Positions 35,443 through 49,205 are shown, counted from the first letter of the stretch. The stretch is DNA of 64,000 bases from Octopus vulgaris (GCA_951406725.2 OX597814.1:70184001-70248000), one strand, 5' to 3'. Notes: generated from the sequence alone by a model not told the origin. Made by a program: numbers and translations.

Positions 35443-37692
35443 ATATGTCACGTTCTCTACTATATATCATCATCATCATCGTTTAACGTCCGTTTTCCGC
35501 GCTAGCACGGGTTGGACGGTTTGACCGGGGTCTGGGAAGCCAGGAGGCTGCACCAGGCTCCAGTCTGATCTGGCAGAGTTTCTACGGCTGGATGCCCTTC
35601 CTAACGCCAACCACTCCGTGAGTGTAGTGGGTGCTTTTTACGTGCCACCTGCACAGGTGCCAGGGTGAGTCTGGCATCGGTCATGATCGGTTCGAGCTTT
35701 TAACGTGCCAGCGGCACGGAAGCCATCCAAGGCGGCGCTGGCATCGGCCACGTTCGGATGGTGCTTTTTGGGGGTGCAGGTAATATAGGGAAGCACCAGT
35801 GGGGAGGGTTGGGGTAAGGGGGAACGATGACAGCTAGGGTTGATGCAGGTTCTTAGGAAATAAAACGTAGGACATCACAAGTGGGGGAGGGGACTGGAAG
35901 GAGATAGCCGGTTGAGGCAGTGACAGATTCAATAACAGGAGGAAACATAGGATAGGTGGGGCGGTTGATGAGCTGCGGCGCTAGCTGCTTGTCTTGGTGG
36001 TGGTGGGGGGGTAATACACAGTGAAAGCATGTGAGGAGGAGGGGTAGGAGGGAGAGACACACATAATGGTGGTGGGGGAGGGCATATCCAGTGTAGATGG
36101 TGTGAACAGTGAGAACAGTGTTCACCGGTATTGGTATTGGTGGTGGGGATGGGAAAGGGCGGGCGCACCGCGAATGGTGAAGATCGAATTAAAGGATTGA
36201 AGGTACTTTAGAGAAACGGGCGGGAAATGGCGATGTTTTTTGGGGTAGCATAGAGAAAGAAAAAGGAAAGCAAAGCACGTTGGTGGTATAAGTTCAAAAC
36301 ATTTAAACGGTAGGCAAATGTATGTATGTATGTATGAAAAAGAAGGGAGAAATCTTAGCTTGCTGTGAAATCTTCACATCGCTGTGAATCAGAGAAGAAA
36401 TGATAGGAGTGGGGAGAGAAGGTGCATATAAATAGATTGACTGGAAGTCTGAGTTTGGGGAAGAAGGAAGTTTGGTTGGGGCTAATAATGGCGATTTTGG
36501 GTTTGAAGGCACCGCGAATGGTGATGATCGAATTAAAGGATTGAAGGTACTTTAGAGAAACGGTCGGGAAATGGCATATATATTTAATAACAAACCATAT
36601 AATTCTCAATCTGGAAAAGTTATTTCTGTAAAATGTTCGGAGTGGGTAAAATTTCCTGAGGCTTCCACCCTGTTTTTTGGACCCCAAAAGGGTTTTGTAG
36701 CATATTAGGAGGTCACAGGAATTTATTCTACGAAAAAAATATTCCCAATGATTCAGGGATTAGTGGGGGAGGCCTTGCCCCACCCCTTTTTCTGAATGAA
36801 AATAAGGGATTTGCAGCATATTAGGAGATCAGGGTACTTGATTTCACGCCAAAAAATAAATCAGATTTTTATTGTTTTTCTTTCGTGAAAATCATATGGG
36901 TAAAAAGATCAATGGAGGTGGGGGTGAAATTTCCGAGGCTTCAACCTCACCCTACCCCATTTTTCTGACCCTCAAAAACGGTTTTGTAGCATATTGGGAG
37001 GTCACAGGAAAAAAAATTTCCAATGATTCCGGGATGGGGGTCTCCCTTGCCCTACCCCACTTTTCTCCGAACCAAAATAAGGGATTTACAGCATATTAGG
37101 GGGTCAGGGTACTTGATTCTGTGCAAAAAATTCAAGTTTTCTCTTTTTTCTTTTCGGTTGGGTTTTAATCTAAAAATTTACTCTTTGTTTTTCTTTCTCG
37201 CCATTGCTAGACAGGTGACTCAAGTCATATTAGCAAACTTACTTTCTCCGATGTGGAAATTGGCAAAAGTTATGGTTGAAAATTGATTTTTACCACTATC
37301 TGCGGGTGCCTTGGGAAAAATAAGTTGACAAAACCTAGCTAGGGTCGTGACATGTTGCATTTTTATTTTTGATGAATGCTGTACTTACTCTTTCTCCCTC
37401 ACAAACACACACATCAACACACAACTTCTCTCTCCCTCACACATACACACTTTCACTCCGCTATGGCAAGCAGGGGACTTAACTCATGTAAGCAAACTTC
37501 GAAATTGGTAAAAGTTATGGTTGAAAATCGATTTTTACTGCTATCTGCAGGTTCCTTGGAAAAAATAAGTTGACAAAACCTAGCTAGGATCATGACAAAT
37601 GTCCTCCTAAAATTGGAGCAACATGTGTGCTAATTTGTGGATGTGCATAAATTATATTCACGTACACACACACACATCCTGCCTTTTATAGA
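34579..37692 (-). mobile_element. Probable non-autonomous Helitron with internal duplications and nested insertions
   Basis: The minus strand begins A|TCTATAAAAGGCAG at 37692 and ends CTAG|T at 34579, with only part of the subterminal hairpin left. Internal direct repeats at 36165/36508, 36640/36920 and 37250/37500. Confidence 0.55.
35467..35770 (-). mobile_element. RTE LINE 3' UTR fragment
   Basis: Family tail next to (TA)n. Confidence 0.9.
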
Positions 37693-37754
37693 TTTACATA
37701 TATATATATAAAATATATAATATATATAATATTATATATAAAATATATAATAAA

Positions 37755-39195
37755 AGATCCATCAAATGTGATTTGTGCGTGCTTGAAAAATATTTCATTT
37801 TATTCCCAGACAATAAATCAAAGACGCGAACTCTTGAATTCTGCAGGCACGCAGCTAAATTTTAAATGTTGGCTAGCAATATACCATATGGATAGTGTAT
37901 ATTTTTGATTCTTGGACTAGTTTTTAATCCCACTGTTGGATTTGTTTCTTATTATACATGATTTATTTCGCATCGCAAAGTTATTGTATATATTTCGACA
38001 TATTTCTTAAGAAAAACCTTTGACTGTTATATGCAAATATTACTTTCTTGTTTAAGATTCTGCTTTTATTTTATTTCATTTTATTGTATTTTATAAACCC
38101 ATTTTAATCATTTAATTTATAGATAATTCGATATAGGGTGTTCTTTTATCTGACTTTTATTATTATGCACTCAGCAATTTTTTTAAATGATGTTGTTTGT
38201 ATATACACATCAGGTCCTAGTCTTGTTTTTATGTGGATGTTTGTGTTGTTGGCATGCATATGTATTTGTATGTATGTGCCTATATATATGTGTAAGTAAG
38301 CGTGTATATTTATACTTGTGCACATACATACATACATGGATGTACATGTATGCATGTATTCACTTGGATTTGTGTGGATGTGTATTTACATACTTATTTC
38401 CATCTTTTTATATATGTGTTCTTATATGTGTATTTATTGCTAATATGCACTTTTGTATACACATGTATACGTAATTTTATTTTGTGTATGTTCGCTACAC
38501 ATTTTCAGCCTCTTTCTTTCTTTTCCTTTCTTATGGAAAGTATTTCTCCTCCCCTATTTGTTACTTGTATAGAGTCCTTTAATTTTGTGCGACTCTCCCT
38601 CTTCTCTCACTCACTTCTTTCTCTCACTAACTGTTACATATAAGATCCTTCCTTTTTCTTTTTCTTTCCCCCTCTCTACGTTTTAAAATTTACTTCTCTT
38701 CTATATGTATACACCAAGTGATTTTTGCATGCGAGCATGATTGCGTATATATGTATACATATGTATATGTGTATATATTTACGTCTTACATATATATGTC
38801 TGCATATGTATGTTGTCATTGTATATCCAGCTGTGTATTTTGATGTATATGTGTACATTGATGGTTTAGTATGCGTATATACTGTGGTAATTTAAATTTT
38901 TAATGTATTATTGTATTAATTGAATTATATTTCATATATAATCATTTGCAATATGCATTTTGAATCCGCTCTTCGATTTAAGGTTTTTCTTTGATTTTTA
39001 TAAGAGGATAAATCTATAGTGAATTCATTTATTTTATTTATTTTGTTCATTGCATGCTTTGTCCAACAAATGGGAACGTGAAACTCTGAGTAACAGCTTT
39101 TGTAATATTTCTGCTGCTTTTAAATAAAGCATATTACTCTACCTCTGGTATTTGAGTACTCTTTTTTTCCACCTTTTTTATGTGCTTACTCTGGC
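37755..39195 (+). mobile_element. Possible Penelope-like 3' end (GIY-YIG C-terminus plus low-complexity trailer)
   Basis: KCDLCVLEKYFILF, then RRELLNSCRH-like residues across a frameshift. Microsatellite-rich trailer ending near AATAAA. Confidence 0.45.
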
Positions 39196-39239
<44 letters not shown>

Positions 39240-39671
39240 GAGATTAGAGGACAAGAGAGGGAGAGAGTTGCTAAATGTAAGCATATTTTAAGTTCAGTTT
39301 ATTAATATAATTTTGATTCCTGGCTGTAGTTTCTCATCTTAGAAAAATGTGATTGAGAAAATTCACATTTTATTTCATAATTTATTAATATACTAAATGG
39401 AATTGTCCATCAAATAAAATATGTATTTTATTTGCCTCTAACATTCTTTTGTTTTGTTACATGTATGTTCGTTTCTAAAATTTCCAGTCCTTTTTGTCTT
39501 TGAAAATGGAAATGGCCTTTGTTATGCTATTCCTTTATTATTGTGCTTTCCTTTCTGAAGCTTAAACTTTTTTAATTTGCATGATGGCTTTATCTCTTGT
39601 TTATTTGTTTATTTTCAACATTTTCAAACAATATCCATGAATGCATTATTTCTTCATTTGTTTGCTGTATT

Positions 39672-39685
39672 ACTACTACTACTAC

Positions 39686-39728
<43 letters not shown>
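39672..39728. repeat. (CTA)n(TTA)n microsatellite
   Basis: Directly visible; it is the source of the poly-L and poly-I ORFs. Confidence 0.95.
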
Positions 39729-39730
<2 letters not shown>

Positions 39731-39769
39731 AGTTAACAGAATCATTATCAAACCAGATAAAATGATTTT

Positions 39770-39925
39770 CTTCCTGCTCCTTACATTCTGAGCTCAAATT
39801 CTGCTAAAGTCAACTTTGCATTTTCGTCCTTTCAGAGTTAATAAAGCAAATACCATTTGAGCACTGTGCTTCATAGAATCAGCTAGCCTCTCCAAAATTT
39901 CAGGCTTTGTGCCTATACTAGAATG
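39770..39925 (+). mobile_element. Degenerate second SINE family (related pieces at about 11640-11770 and 43215-43290)
   Basis: Shared GTCAACTTTGCATTTT..TCCT motif. Confidence 0.45.
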
Positions 39926-40223
39926 AGTTATTATTGTTGTTGTTGTTGTTATAATATTTCCATTGTTTATAAGACAATTAATGATGATTGTCATAGATGA
40001 CTATAAGCTAAAGTTGGTAATTTGTTCTATTATTGGTAATGTGGGATGTCCCTAACCAAAATATTCAGTGAATTTAATGACATCCACTTTGCTGTAAGCA
40101 GGTACTACATGAGGATACAGTTCACTATGAGAAACTTCAGTAGTACTCTATAATTAATGAGGTTTCTGCAAGGAATTATTCTATGTGCCTAAAACATGAT
40201 AAAAAGTTTTCATTTTGCAAGAG

Positions 40224-40510
40224 GTGCAAGCATGGCTTTGTGGTTAAAAAGTAGTTTCAGGTTTAGTCCCACTGTGTTGTATCTTGGATAACTGTTTTTT
40301 ACCCTAGCCCTCAGATTGACCAATGCTTTGTGAGTGAAATTTAGTGGACATAAACCAAAAGGAAGCCCATTCTAAATATATGTATATATACACATGTATG
40401 TGTGTTTGTTCCCACATGTCTTTAGATTAATGCTCTTTAAGTAGTAGTGACTTTTCTTTGCATCCCACTTCAACATGTCCCTCAGCATAGCAGTTCAACA
40501 TATGAAGACA
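40224..40510 (+). mobile_element. Degenerate tRNA-derived SINE
   Basis: Diverged match to the head and body of the 63243 copy. Confidence 0.6.
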
Positions 40511-40706
40511 AGCAGAATAAAGTATCTTACTTAAAAAAAGAGGAAAAGTATCTGACCATAGAAGACTATGCCAACTTGTGAAAAGCAGACATAAAAACTA
40601 TGATGATGATGATGAAGGGAGTTGGACAAAGTAATGGGGGCAGAGATACTGATGGAAGTTGGCACAATAATGCCTGAACAAATTTTTCTATTACCTTTGC
40701 ATTTTA

Positions 40707-41989
40707 TTGGGTTGTCAGCAAAGTTCATGCCGATTTATAGTAGCTTACCTTTCGACTTATTTTAGGACATAGTTGAGTCCATAAAATAGGATTTTACTAC
40801 ACCTCCATTTAGAGTACAGTTTAAGCTATATTTTTGTGGAAGAAAGTTTATGTTCCTATAACCTGTGTTAATTCTGTAGTCCTTTAAAATGGAAGATAAG
40901 AAAGTTCATTTTCGGCACTTGATGCTTTTCTTTTTCCGTAAAGGGAAAAATGCCTCACAAGCAACCAAAGAAATATGCACAGTTTACGATGATGTTTCTT
41001 TATCCGAAAGAACTGTACAGAAGTGGTTCACAGGTTCTTAGCTGAAGATTGTTGCCTTATTGATAAAGAGCAATCAGGCAGACCATCCACTACAGATGAT
41101 GACCAAATTAAGTCATTAATTGAGAATAACCCACATTGCACAACCCGAGAATTGGCAGAAAGCCTCAACCTATCAAAATCCATTGTTCATGAGCACCTGG
41201 TAAAGCTTGGGTACACAAATTGCTATGATGTTTGGGTACCACATGAGTTGAGTGAGAAGAACCTTTTGGATCGCATTTCTATCTGTGATTCACTTTATAA
41301 ACAGAATGAAAACACGCCTTTTTTAAAGCAAATTGTGACAGGTGATGAGAAATCGATTATCTATCGAAATGTTCAGAGAAAGCGATCCTGGAGTAAGTGA
41401 CATGAGCCACCCTTAGCCACCCCAAAAGCGAGTCTTCACCCTAAAAAAGTCTTGCTTTGTGTCTGGTGGGATTGGAAAGGAATTCTGTACTATAAGCTTC
41501 TCCCAAGTAACCAGACAATTAATTCTGAGAAATACTGCACACAACTGGATGAGTTAAAAGCAGCAATTGAAGAGAAACGTCCAAAATTGGCCAACAGGAA
41601 GGGTGTTGTTTTCCAACATGATAATGCAAGACTGCATATTTCTTTGGGAACCAGACAAAAATTGCTGCAGTTCAGCTGGGATGTGTTACCCCACCCTCCA
41701 CATTCACCAGATATTGCTCCTTTAGATTTCCACATATTCAGGTCTCTGCAGAATAGTCTTAATGGTAAAAGTTTCAATTCCTTTGATGACATAAAAAGAT
41801 ACCTTAATGAATTCTTTGCCATGAAACCACCTCAATTCTGGGAAGAGGGTATTTTCAAGTTACAGGAAAGATGGAGACACATTGTGCAACAAAATGGTTC
41901 ATGTTTGGTTGACTAAAGATGTAATGGCAAGTATTTATTGACCTTTTTCTTTCCTTTAAAAATCGGCACAAACTTTCCGGACAACCCAA
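40707..41989 (+). mobile_element. Full-length mariner (D,D34D, mellifera-like); transposase 40889-41916 with a frameshift near 41020 and a stop at 41398-41400
   Basis: TIRs TTGGGTTGTC..AAAGTT..TGCCGATTT, TA at 40705-06 and 41990-91. Motifs MEDKKVHFRHLMLFFFRKGKNA, WVPHEL, TGDEK, HDNARLH and SPDIAPLD. Confidence 0.96.
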
Positions 41990-43106
41990 TAGTTTTCAGC
42001 CATTTAAGTATATTACTTGACATTTCATCTCTGTGTGATCAAGCCTGTTAATTTATGGAACTGACCAATGGAATTCAGCCTGTCTTCTGACCATGTCCAC
42101 AAGAAGTTAACTGATCACTTGAAACTAAAAAAATACTTCTAATTTTGTCAGTTGCATTGTTGTTTAATGTAGCAGCTTCCTAATATTTGTTTTCCAGTTA
42201 GGTGGGCTTGGTCATTTGGGAGTAAAATCTCTTGGTTAAAGAGACATCACCGTGCTGAAGATAGAGCATATACCACTTTCATTAGTTGCCTGGTGCCTTA
42301 TCAACCATCTACAAATATGCAATAATAAACTACCTTTGAGATAAGATTGTTGAGCTACAAAAGACAAATCTTTCACTGTAATTGAAAAAATGTAATTATT
42401 GTAAATTGGTTTGAAAATTAAAGATTTTGTAGTTGTAAAGAGCCTGTAATTGTTTTATTAAATTTAAGAGCAAAAGAAGTAATACACTTATATGCACCCT
42501 TACAATAGGGTGGCATATGAGGTAATTTTAATGTGATTTGAAAGAAAAGTGATCAAATATTTCTCAAATGGAAGCTTATTGATTTTTTGTTGATTAAATG
42601 TTTGATGAAAATGTGTAAATACGAGTAGATAACCAAAACAAAATGCAAGATTCTTACCTAAAATTACCTTAGAGATATCAGTGTAGTTGTGAAATTTTCC
42701 CCCTCCTTTATGGTGCTGGAGTAAAATGATCTCCTGTGTAATTGTCATCAAATAAAATGTAAATTTTGAGATTGTAATAACTTTACTCTTTCCAAATGAA
42801 AGAAACCATATGTTAATTTCATAGCATGTGACATGCTATGGCCAAAAATAACGAGTTAATAACAAGGAGTTAATATATTCTCAAGTATGAAGAGTGAGAA
42901 TAGTGTATAATAAACTTAGTCTGGATTAATATTGATGTTAAAGATTACTAATTGTATAAAGAATATATTTGACTTCACTTAGTTTCTCTGTCATTTATAT
43001 TCTGAGAAGATATTTTTTTCTTAATATCAGTCAGAATTAACACTAATATCAGATCATTGACACAATTTCATTTTTATTACTTTAAATCGTTTTCTTATAT
43101 TTACAG

Positions 43107-43151
43107 TTGATACTTTTGATACATCAGAAAGCTTGGAAGATCTAAAGCCAA
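43107..43151 (+). CDS. CARMIL: Candidate 45-nt phase 1-1 exon continuing the host gene
   Basis: TTTTCTTATATTTACAG acceptor and GTAAAT donor. Open in the phase left by exon 13099-13386, reading IDTFDTSESLEDLKP. Lies in unique sequence. Confidence 0.45.
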
Positions 43152-43647
43152 GTAAATATTCAGTTCTTTTTATTATTCTTTTCCAGTACTGTATTTACTT
43201 TAAAATATTTTATCATAGTTTGAAGTTCTTCATGTCAACTTTGCATTTTATTCCTCCAGGGTTTGATTCTGTCATTGCTATAAATACAGTGTGAAATAAA
43301 GCAAATTGCTAAAAGCTGTGAAAATGTTACTTTTTATCATTTAACGTGATGCAATGTGTTCTCCTGGTGTTCCATAGTGGTTAAGCATCCAATTGCATTT
43401 GGAACAAACATAATGGGGAAACAAACATAGGGAACAAACGATATAATCTGGTTGTTATCATAATTTCTCCTACATATTCTCTATATTATAACCTGTAATA
43501 CTAGTAAATGTAATTGTAACCCAAGCACTATTTCAGAAGCAGAGTAGATGATGATAATCTACGTGAAGCTTTAAACTCAATAATAGCAGTCATACATCTA
43601 GCTGTACACTCAAGATATACTAAATATATGTATAAACATATGTATGT

Positions 43648-43694
<47 letters not shown>

Positions 43695-43698
43695 ATTA

Positions 43699-43920
43699 AG
43701 GGATTAGCAAAAAGTTGCTTCACTACATACCAAAAATTTAGAAAGAGCAGTCAAAACTGCTAATTCTTCTACTACAATATATCTCTACAGACAGCAATAA
43801 TAATTGTAACTCACATAGGTAAAAAGAAGAAAAAAATAATGGAACTAACCAGAATTAGCAGTTTTGACTGCTATTTCTAAATTTTTCGGTATGTGGTGAA
43901 GCAACTTTTTGCTAATCCCT
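43699..43920. mobile_element. MITE with about 70-bp terminal inverted repeats
   Basis: AGGGATTAGCAAAAAGTTGCTTCAC...CTGCTAATTCT matches its reverse complement at about 43851-43920. Confidence 0.8.
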
Positions 43921-43924
43921 AATT

Positions 43925-46900
43925 CATCATCATCATCATCATCGTTTAACGTCCGTTCTCCATGCTAGCATGGGTTGGACGGTTTGACCGGGGATCTGGG
44001 AAGCCAGAAGGCTCCACCAGGCTCCAGTCTGATCTGGCAGTGTTTCTACAGCTGGATGCCCTTCCTAATGCCAACCACTCCGTGAGTGTAGTGGGTGCTT
44101 TTTACGTGCCATCTGCACAGGTGCCAGGCGAGGCTGGCAACGGCCACGATCGGATTGGTGTATTTTACGTGCCACCGGCACAGAAGCCAGTCTAGTCAGC
44201 GCTGGCATCGGCCACCTTCAGATGGTGCTTTTTACGTGCCACCAGCTCAGGGATCACAACTGCAGTTTCTATTGATTTTGATCTCCTCAAGCACAGGGTC
44301 GAAATGATGTTTCTTCACTTGCCACCTGCACAAGAGTCAGTCCAGCGGTCCTGGCAACCGCCGGATGCCAGTCATAGGATTGATTCAATTTCGATTCCGA
44401 TTTCGATTTCACTTGCCCCAACAGGTCTTTGCAAGCAGAGTTTAGTGTCCAATGAAGGGAGGTTGGCATGGATGCCTGTCGTCGGATGAGGTTCAATTTC
44501 GACTTCGCTTGCCTCAACAGGTCTTTGTGTGTCCAAGGGAGGAAAGACATGCATAAGTGGGCTGGACTCACTTGTCCTGCCTGGTCTTCTCACGCACAGC
44601 ATATTTCCAAAGGTCTTGGTCGCTGGTCATTGCCTCGGTGAGGCCTAAAGTTCGAAGGTCGTGCTTCACCACCTCGTCCCAGGTTTTCCTGGGTCTACCT
44701 CTTCCACAGGTTCCCTCAATTGCTAGGGATTGGCACTTTTCACACACCTATCTTCATCCATTCTCGCCACATGACCATACCAGCGCAATCGTCTCTCTTG
44801 CACACCACAACTGATGCTTCTTAGGTCCAACATTTCTCTCAAGGTACTAACACTCTGTCAAGTATGCACACTGACATTACACATCCATCGGAGCATACTG
44901 GCTTCATTCCTCGCGAGCTTATGCATGTCCTCAGCAGTCATGGCCCATGTTTCACTGCCATGTAGCATGGCTGTTCGTACACATGCATCATACAATCTGC
45001 CTTTTACTCTGAGTGAGAGGCCTTTAGTCACCAGCAGAGGTAAGAGCTCCCTGAACTTTGCCCAGGCTATTCTTACTCTAGCTGTTACACTTTCAGCACA
45101 CCCACCCCCACTACTGACTTGGTTGCCTAGATAACGGAAGCTATCAACTACTTCTAGTTTTTTCCCCTGGAAAGTGATGGAAGTTGTTTTCTGCAGATTT
45201 TCAGAGTTTATTGCTCCTGAGCATCTGCCACATACAAAAACTATCTTCCCAGTTAGCCTTCTTTTGACATTGCTGCCCTCTTATGTGTCCATAGCTTACA
45301 CTGGGTACATCTTATAGAGTTTCTACCTACGCCTTTTCTACAGATCGAGCAGGGCCATCTACCTGAAGGCATTTGTGGTTTGTCTACCTTCCTACTTATT
45401 AGTACTTTGATTTTAGCTAGGTTGACTATAAGGCCCCTCAATTCTAATCCTTGTTTCCACACCTGGAACTTCTCCTCCAGTTCTGATAGTGACTCAGTAA
45501 TTAGAGCAAGGTCATCAGCATAGAGGAGCTCCCAGAGGCATCCTGTCTTGAATTCCTCCGTAATTGCCTGGAGGACTATGATAAATAGTAGGGGGCTGAG
45601 GACTGAACCCTGGTGGACCCCAATCTCTACCTTGAATTCTTCAGTGTACACGTTGCCAACCCTAACCTTACTTACAGCATCCCTGTACATGGCTTGCACA
45701 GCTCTCACCAGCCATTTATCTATCCCTAGTTTCCTCATTGACCACCAGATAAGGGATCGGGGGACCCTGTCAAAGGCTTTCTCCATGTCAACGAAAGTCA
45801 GGTACAGGGGCTTATCTTTGGCTAGGTATTTCTCCTGCAGCTGTCTCGCCAGAAATATGGCATCAGTGGTGCTTTTCCCTAGCACGAAACCCTATTCAGT
45901 TGGGCTATAACCCTCTCCGTAACCTTCATTACCTGATCCAACAGCTTGATACCTCTGTAATTATTTGTATCTAGGGCATCACCTTTACCTTTGTAGCAGT
46001 TGACTATTATGCTGCTACACCAGTCATTGGGTATGACTCCTTCGTGTATTACCTGGTTAACTATATGGGTGACTAGGCTATAGCCGACACTGCCAGATAT
46101 TTTGAGCATCTCTGCAGTAATTCCTGATGGGCCTGGGGCTTTCCCTGTCTTCATGCTTCTAATTGCCTTAACTACCAAAGAACTGTCAGCTCGGATAGCT
46201 GGTCCCTCTGTTGGGTTGACATTCGGCAGACTCTCTTTATCCCATTCATTTTCTTTATTCAGCAACCTTTCATAGTGGCATCTCCAAACCTCTCTCTTTG
46301 CATCCTCATTTAGTGCAAGTGACCATCATCCATGCGAACACATTTCTCTCCTACCACATCATGTCTTGCAACACGAAATACCTCAAGTCTTTGGTCCTCA
46401 TGGCGCAGAACATTGGCAATTTTTTTCTTATCTGCTTCCCCTCTGGCTAAATAAACCTGTCTCCTAGCTTCCCTTTTGGCAGTCTGATACACTTCCCTGC
46501 TACCACCATTCTTCCAGTCCTTCCAAGCCTGTTTCTTTTGTATAATAGCCCTGTCAACCACATTGTTCCACCACCACGTTACCTTGGGTTGAGTGGGGAC
46601 TTTGCACCAGCCACAGATCTGGTCAGTGGCTCTCAGCTGGTTGTCCCGTAGAAACCTCCAGTTGTCTTCCACATTATGTGATGCTATACCCCCTTCTATT
46701 TCATCAAGGGCTTCGAGTAATACGTTTCTAAATCTCTGTCCATTTGCAGGATCTTTAAGCTTCCAGACCCTTCTCCTCCAGGCTGGTCTTCTTCTGGGCA
46801 TCCATTCAGCCCCGATCCTGAAGTCGCTAACTACTAATTTATGTTGAGGGGTACATTCTTCACCTGGGAAGGTTTTGGCATTTATAAGCAGCCCTTTCCC

Positions 46901-48049
46901 TTTTTCTGGCAAAGATATAGTCAATTTGGCTTGTGTGTCTGCCAGAACGATCGGTGACTAGGTGACAGCCAGGTTTCCTGAAGTTAGTATTGCAAACCAT
47001 AAGATCATTTGCATCGCAGAACTCCAGCAGTCTGGTTCCCTCCTCATTGCAGGAACCAAAACCATAGCCTCCATGTATGCCATGGAAGCCTCCTGCACGT
47101 TGTCCAACATGTCCATTGAAATTACCAGCCACAAAAAGAAGGTCTCTGTCGTTCGTCGACGAGGTAGTCTGCAATAGGGTGTCATAGAATTGGTCTTTCT
47201 GCCCCTCCGGTAGACCCAGCTGAGGGGCATAGGCTGAGATGATGGTAGCTGACCTATGGTGAAGCACTAGTCTAATCTTAGGTACTCTGTCACATACTCT
47301 GACTACCTCGATTACCTTATCAATCCATTTCTCCGCAAGAAATATACCCACGCCCCCGACCCCGTCAGTGTTCCCTGCCCAGAATATCTTGTACCTGTGT
47401 TCTTTGCCTGTGAGGAACCTAGCGGAACCTCCTCTCCACCTTACTTCTTGGATGCTGCACAAATCTACACGTCTCCGCTCAAGCATCTCAACAATCTCGC
47501 CAGACCTACCTTTCAGTGTGCCAACGTTGAGTGTACCAACTCTGAGGGCGTGGGAGGTGTGGGCCTGTGAGACCCTGGGATGAGGGACAGCAGTGTCATG
47601 TACCTGAAAAGAAAGCTCGCTTTTGGCAGAATTCATAAGAAACACTAGACTACAACCTACGGACAATACACTATTTTCATGCGCTATATGATCAAATAGG
47701 CCCTACATAGGGGTGGGGTGGCATTTGGCCCTTAGAAGTGTTCACGGGAGATAAACGAGGAAGACATAGGTTAGGGTCTTCCGGTTAAGGATAGGGACTG
47801 CCTGTGTGTGGAGGGGGTGGGAGGGTGGGTGTACCGCGAACCAGCAAGTTTAGACTAGAGCATCGTCTTCTGCCCTTGTATACTATGGTTAGAGAAATTA
47901 GAGAGAATGAATGAACGAAATGATAACTTTGGTTAGGAAGGATAAATAAATAAATAAACATTGCGATTAACAGATATGCATGATCTTAAGACAAACAGGA
48001 AGACGAAGTTATCGGTACTATGTTTACGTGATAAAGAAATAGATAGATA

Positions 48050-48081
<32 letters not shown>

Positions 48082-48390
48082 GAGAATGAATGGGGGTGGC
48101 ATTAGGGTTACGATCTACGCATTAAACATGGAGAACATGAACGAGGTTGAGAAGTCAAAATTTTCCTTATCTTGGCATTTTCTGAGATCCGTGTTCCATC
48201 AGCAGAGGGATTGAAAATCGAGTAGGGGAAAAAACAGGGCTTGCACTTGTTTATAGAGTTAAGGTTAAGGGGGGAAGTGTTGGTGTAACAGGTGGGTAAA
48301 TCGAAGAGAGAGAGGGGACAAGCAGTAAATACACCACGAGGTAGAAGGAGGAAATTCTTAGGGGTACTCGGTGAGAAAAGTAGGAGAGAC
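43925..48390 (-). mobile_element. Near full-length RTE LINE (5' UTR, APE endonuclease, RT, 3' UTR), frameshifted
   Basis: ORFs 46860-47666 (GTLNVGT, IQEVRW, SAYAP, SQIDY), 46310-46924, 45879-46265 and 45253-45885. The 5' UTR matches 52500-53200. Confidence 0.96.
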
Positions 48391-48965
48391 AGTGAGTGAT
48401 CAAGAATGAGGGCAGAAACAGGTGTGCTGCTGTAGAGGAGATACATAGTCATCCTAGTCAGAGGGAAGAGCAAGAGAAAGAGTGTGGGAGACAAGAGAGC
48501 AGGAGAGAGGATGGTGAAGTTCCAGGGTATACTCATAAAGAATGGGGTTCAGCGCATAGATGGGATAGTAGAGTAAGGAAGAAAGAGATAAATGGTGGCA
48601 ATTGCCAGAGCATGCCCTCATTGTACGGGTCATCATATATGCGGCCAGGTATTGCCAAGAAGGTGTAAGTAAGGAATGGGGGTGGGGATTGCAGTGACTG
48701 ATGAGAACCTGGGTATAAAGAGAGGGATGGGGGAAGCAGCAATACAGTAAGCAGGAGAGGATGGGGAATGAGAGATTATCATAGTGTATGAAGAGGAAAT
48801 GTGAGGAAGTGAAAAAGATGCTTTTTGGGAGAAGTAATGGAGTTTGGATTCTAGGGGTAGGGTTTGTGAAAACTTTATTGTTACATGTGGGTATGACAGT
48901 GCTTCTAGCACTCAGTTTCGCCAACGTGGGTGGGTCTTCTCTAGAACCTCATAGTGCCATATATC

Positions 48966-49205
48966 TCAGTCCATTGTCATTTCCTCCATGAGCCCTAACA
49001 TCCCGAGATCAGTCTTCACCACATCATCCCATGTTTTCCTGGGTCTCCCTCTCATACAAGTACCATTCATTTTCGTTTTTTGGCACTTCTTTATACAGTT
49101 GTCTTCATTCATGTGCATCACACATCCAAACGAATGTAATCTCCTCTTCCACATACCACATTTAATTCCTCTTATGCCCCACTTTTCTCTATACAGTTGT
49201 GGGAA
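48966..49205 (-). mobile_element. Old RTE fragment with a fold-back at its 5' end
   Basis: ORF 48966-49217 reads RGRPRKTWDDVV. Confidence 0.8.

Noticed and set aside
38146-38858. ORFs rich in Y/I/C/V/H/T (also near 20097, 39577, 49440-50224 and 58269-58860)
   Set aside because: They are translations of (TA)n, (TG)n and (TTA)n microsatellites.
41023-41916. SETMAR or a domesticated transposase gene
   Set aside because: No SET domain, TIRs and TA duplication are intact, and the ORF is disrupted.
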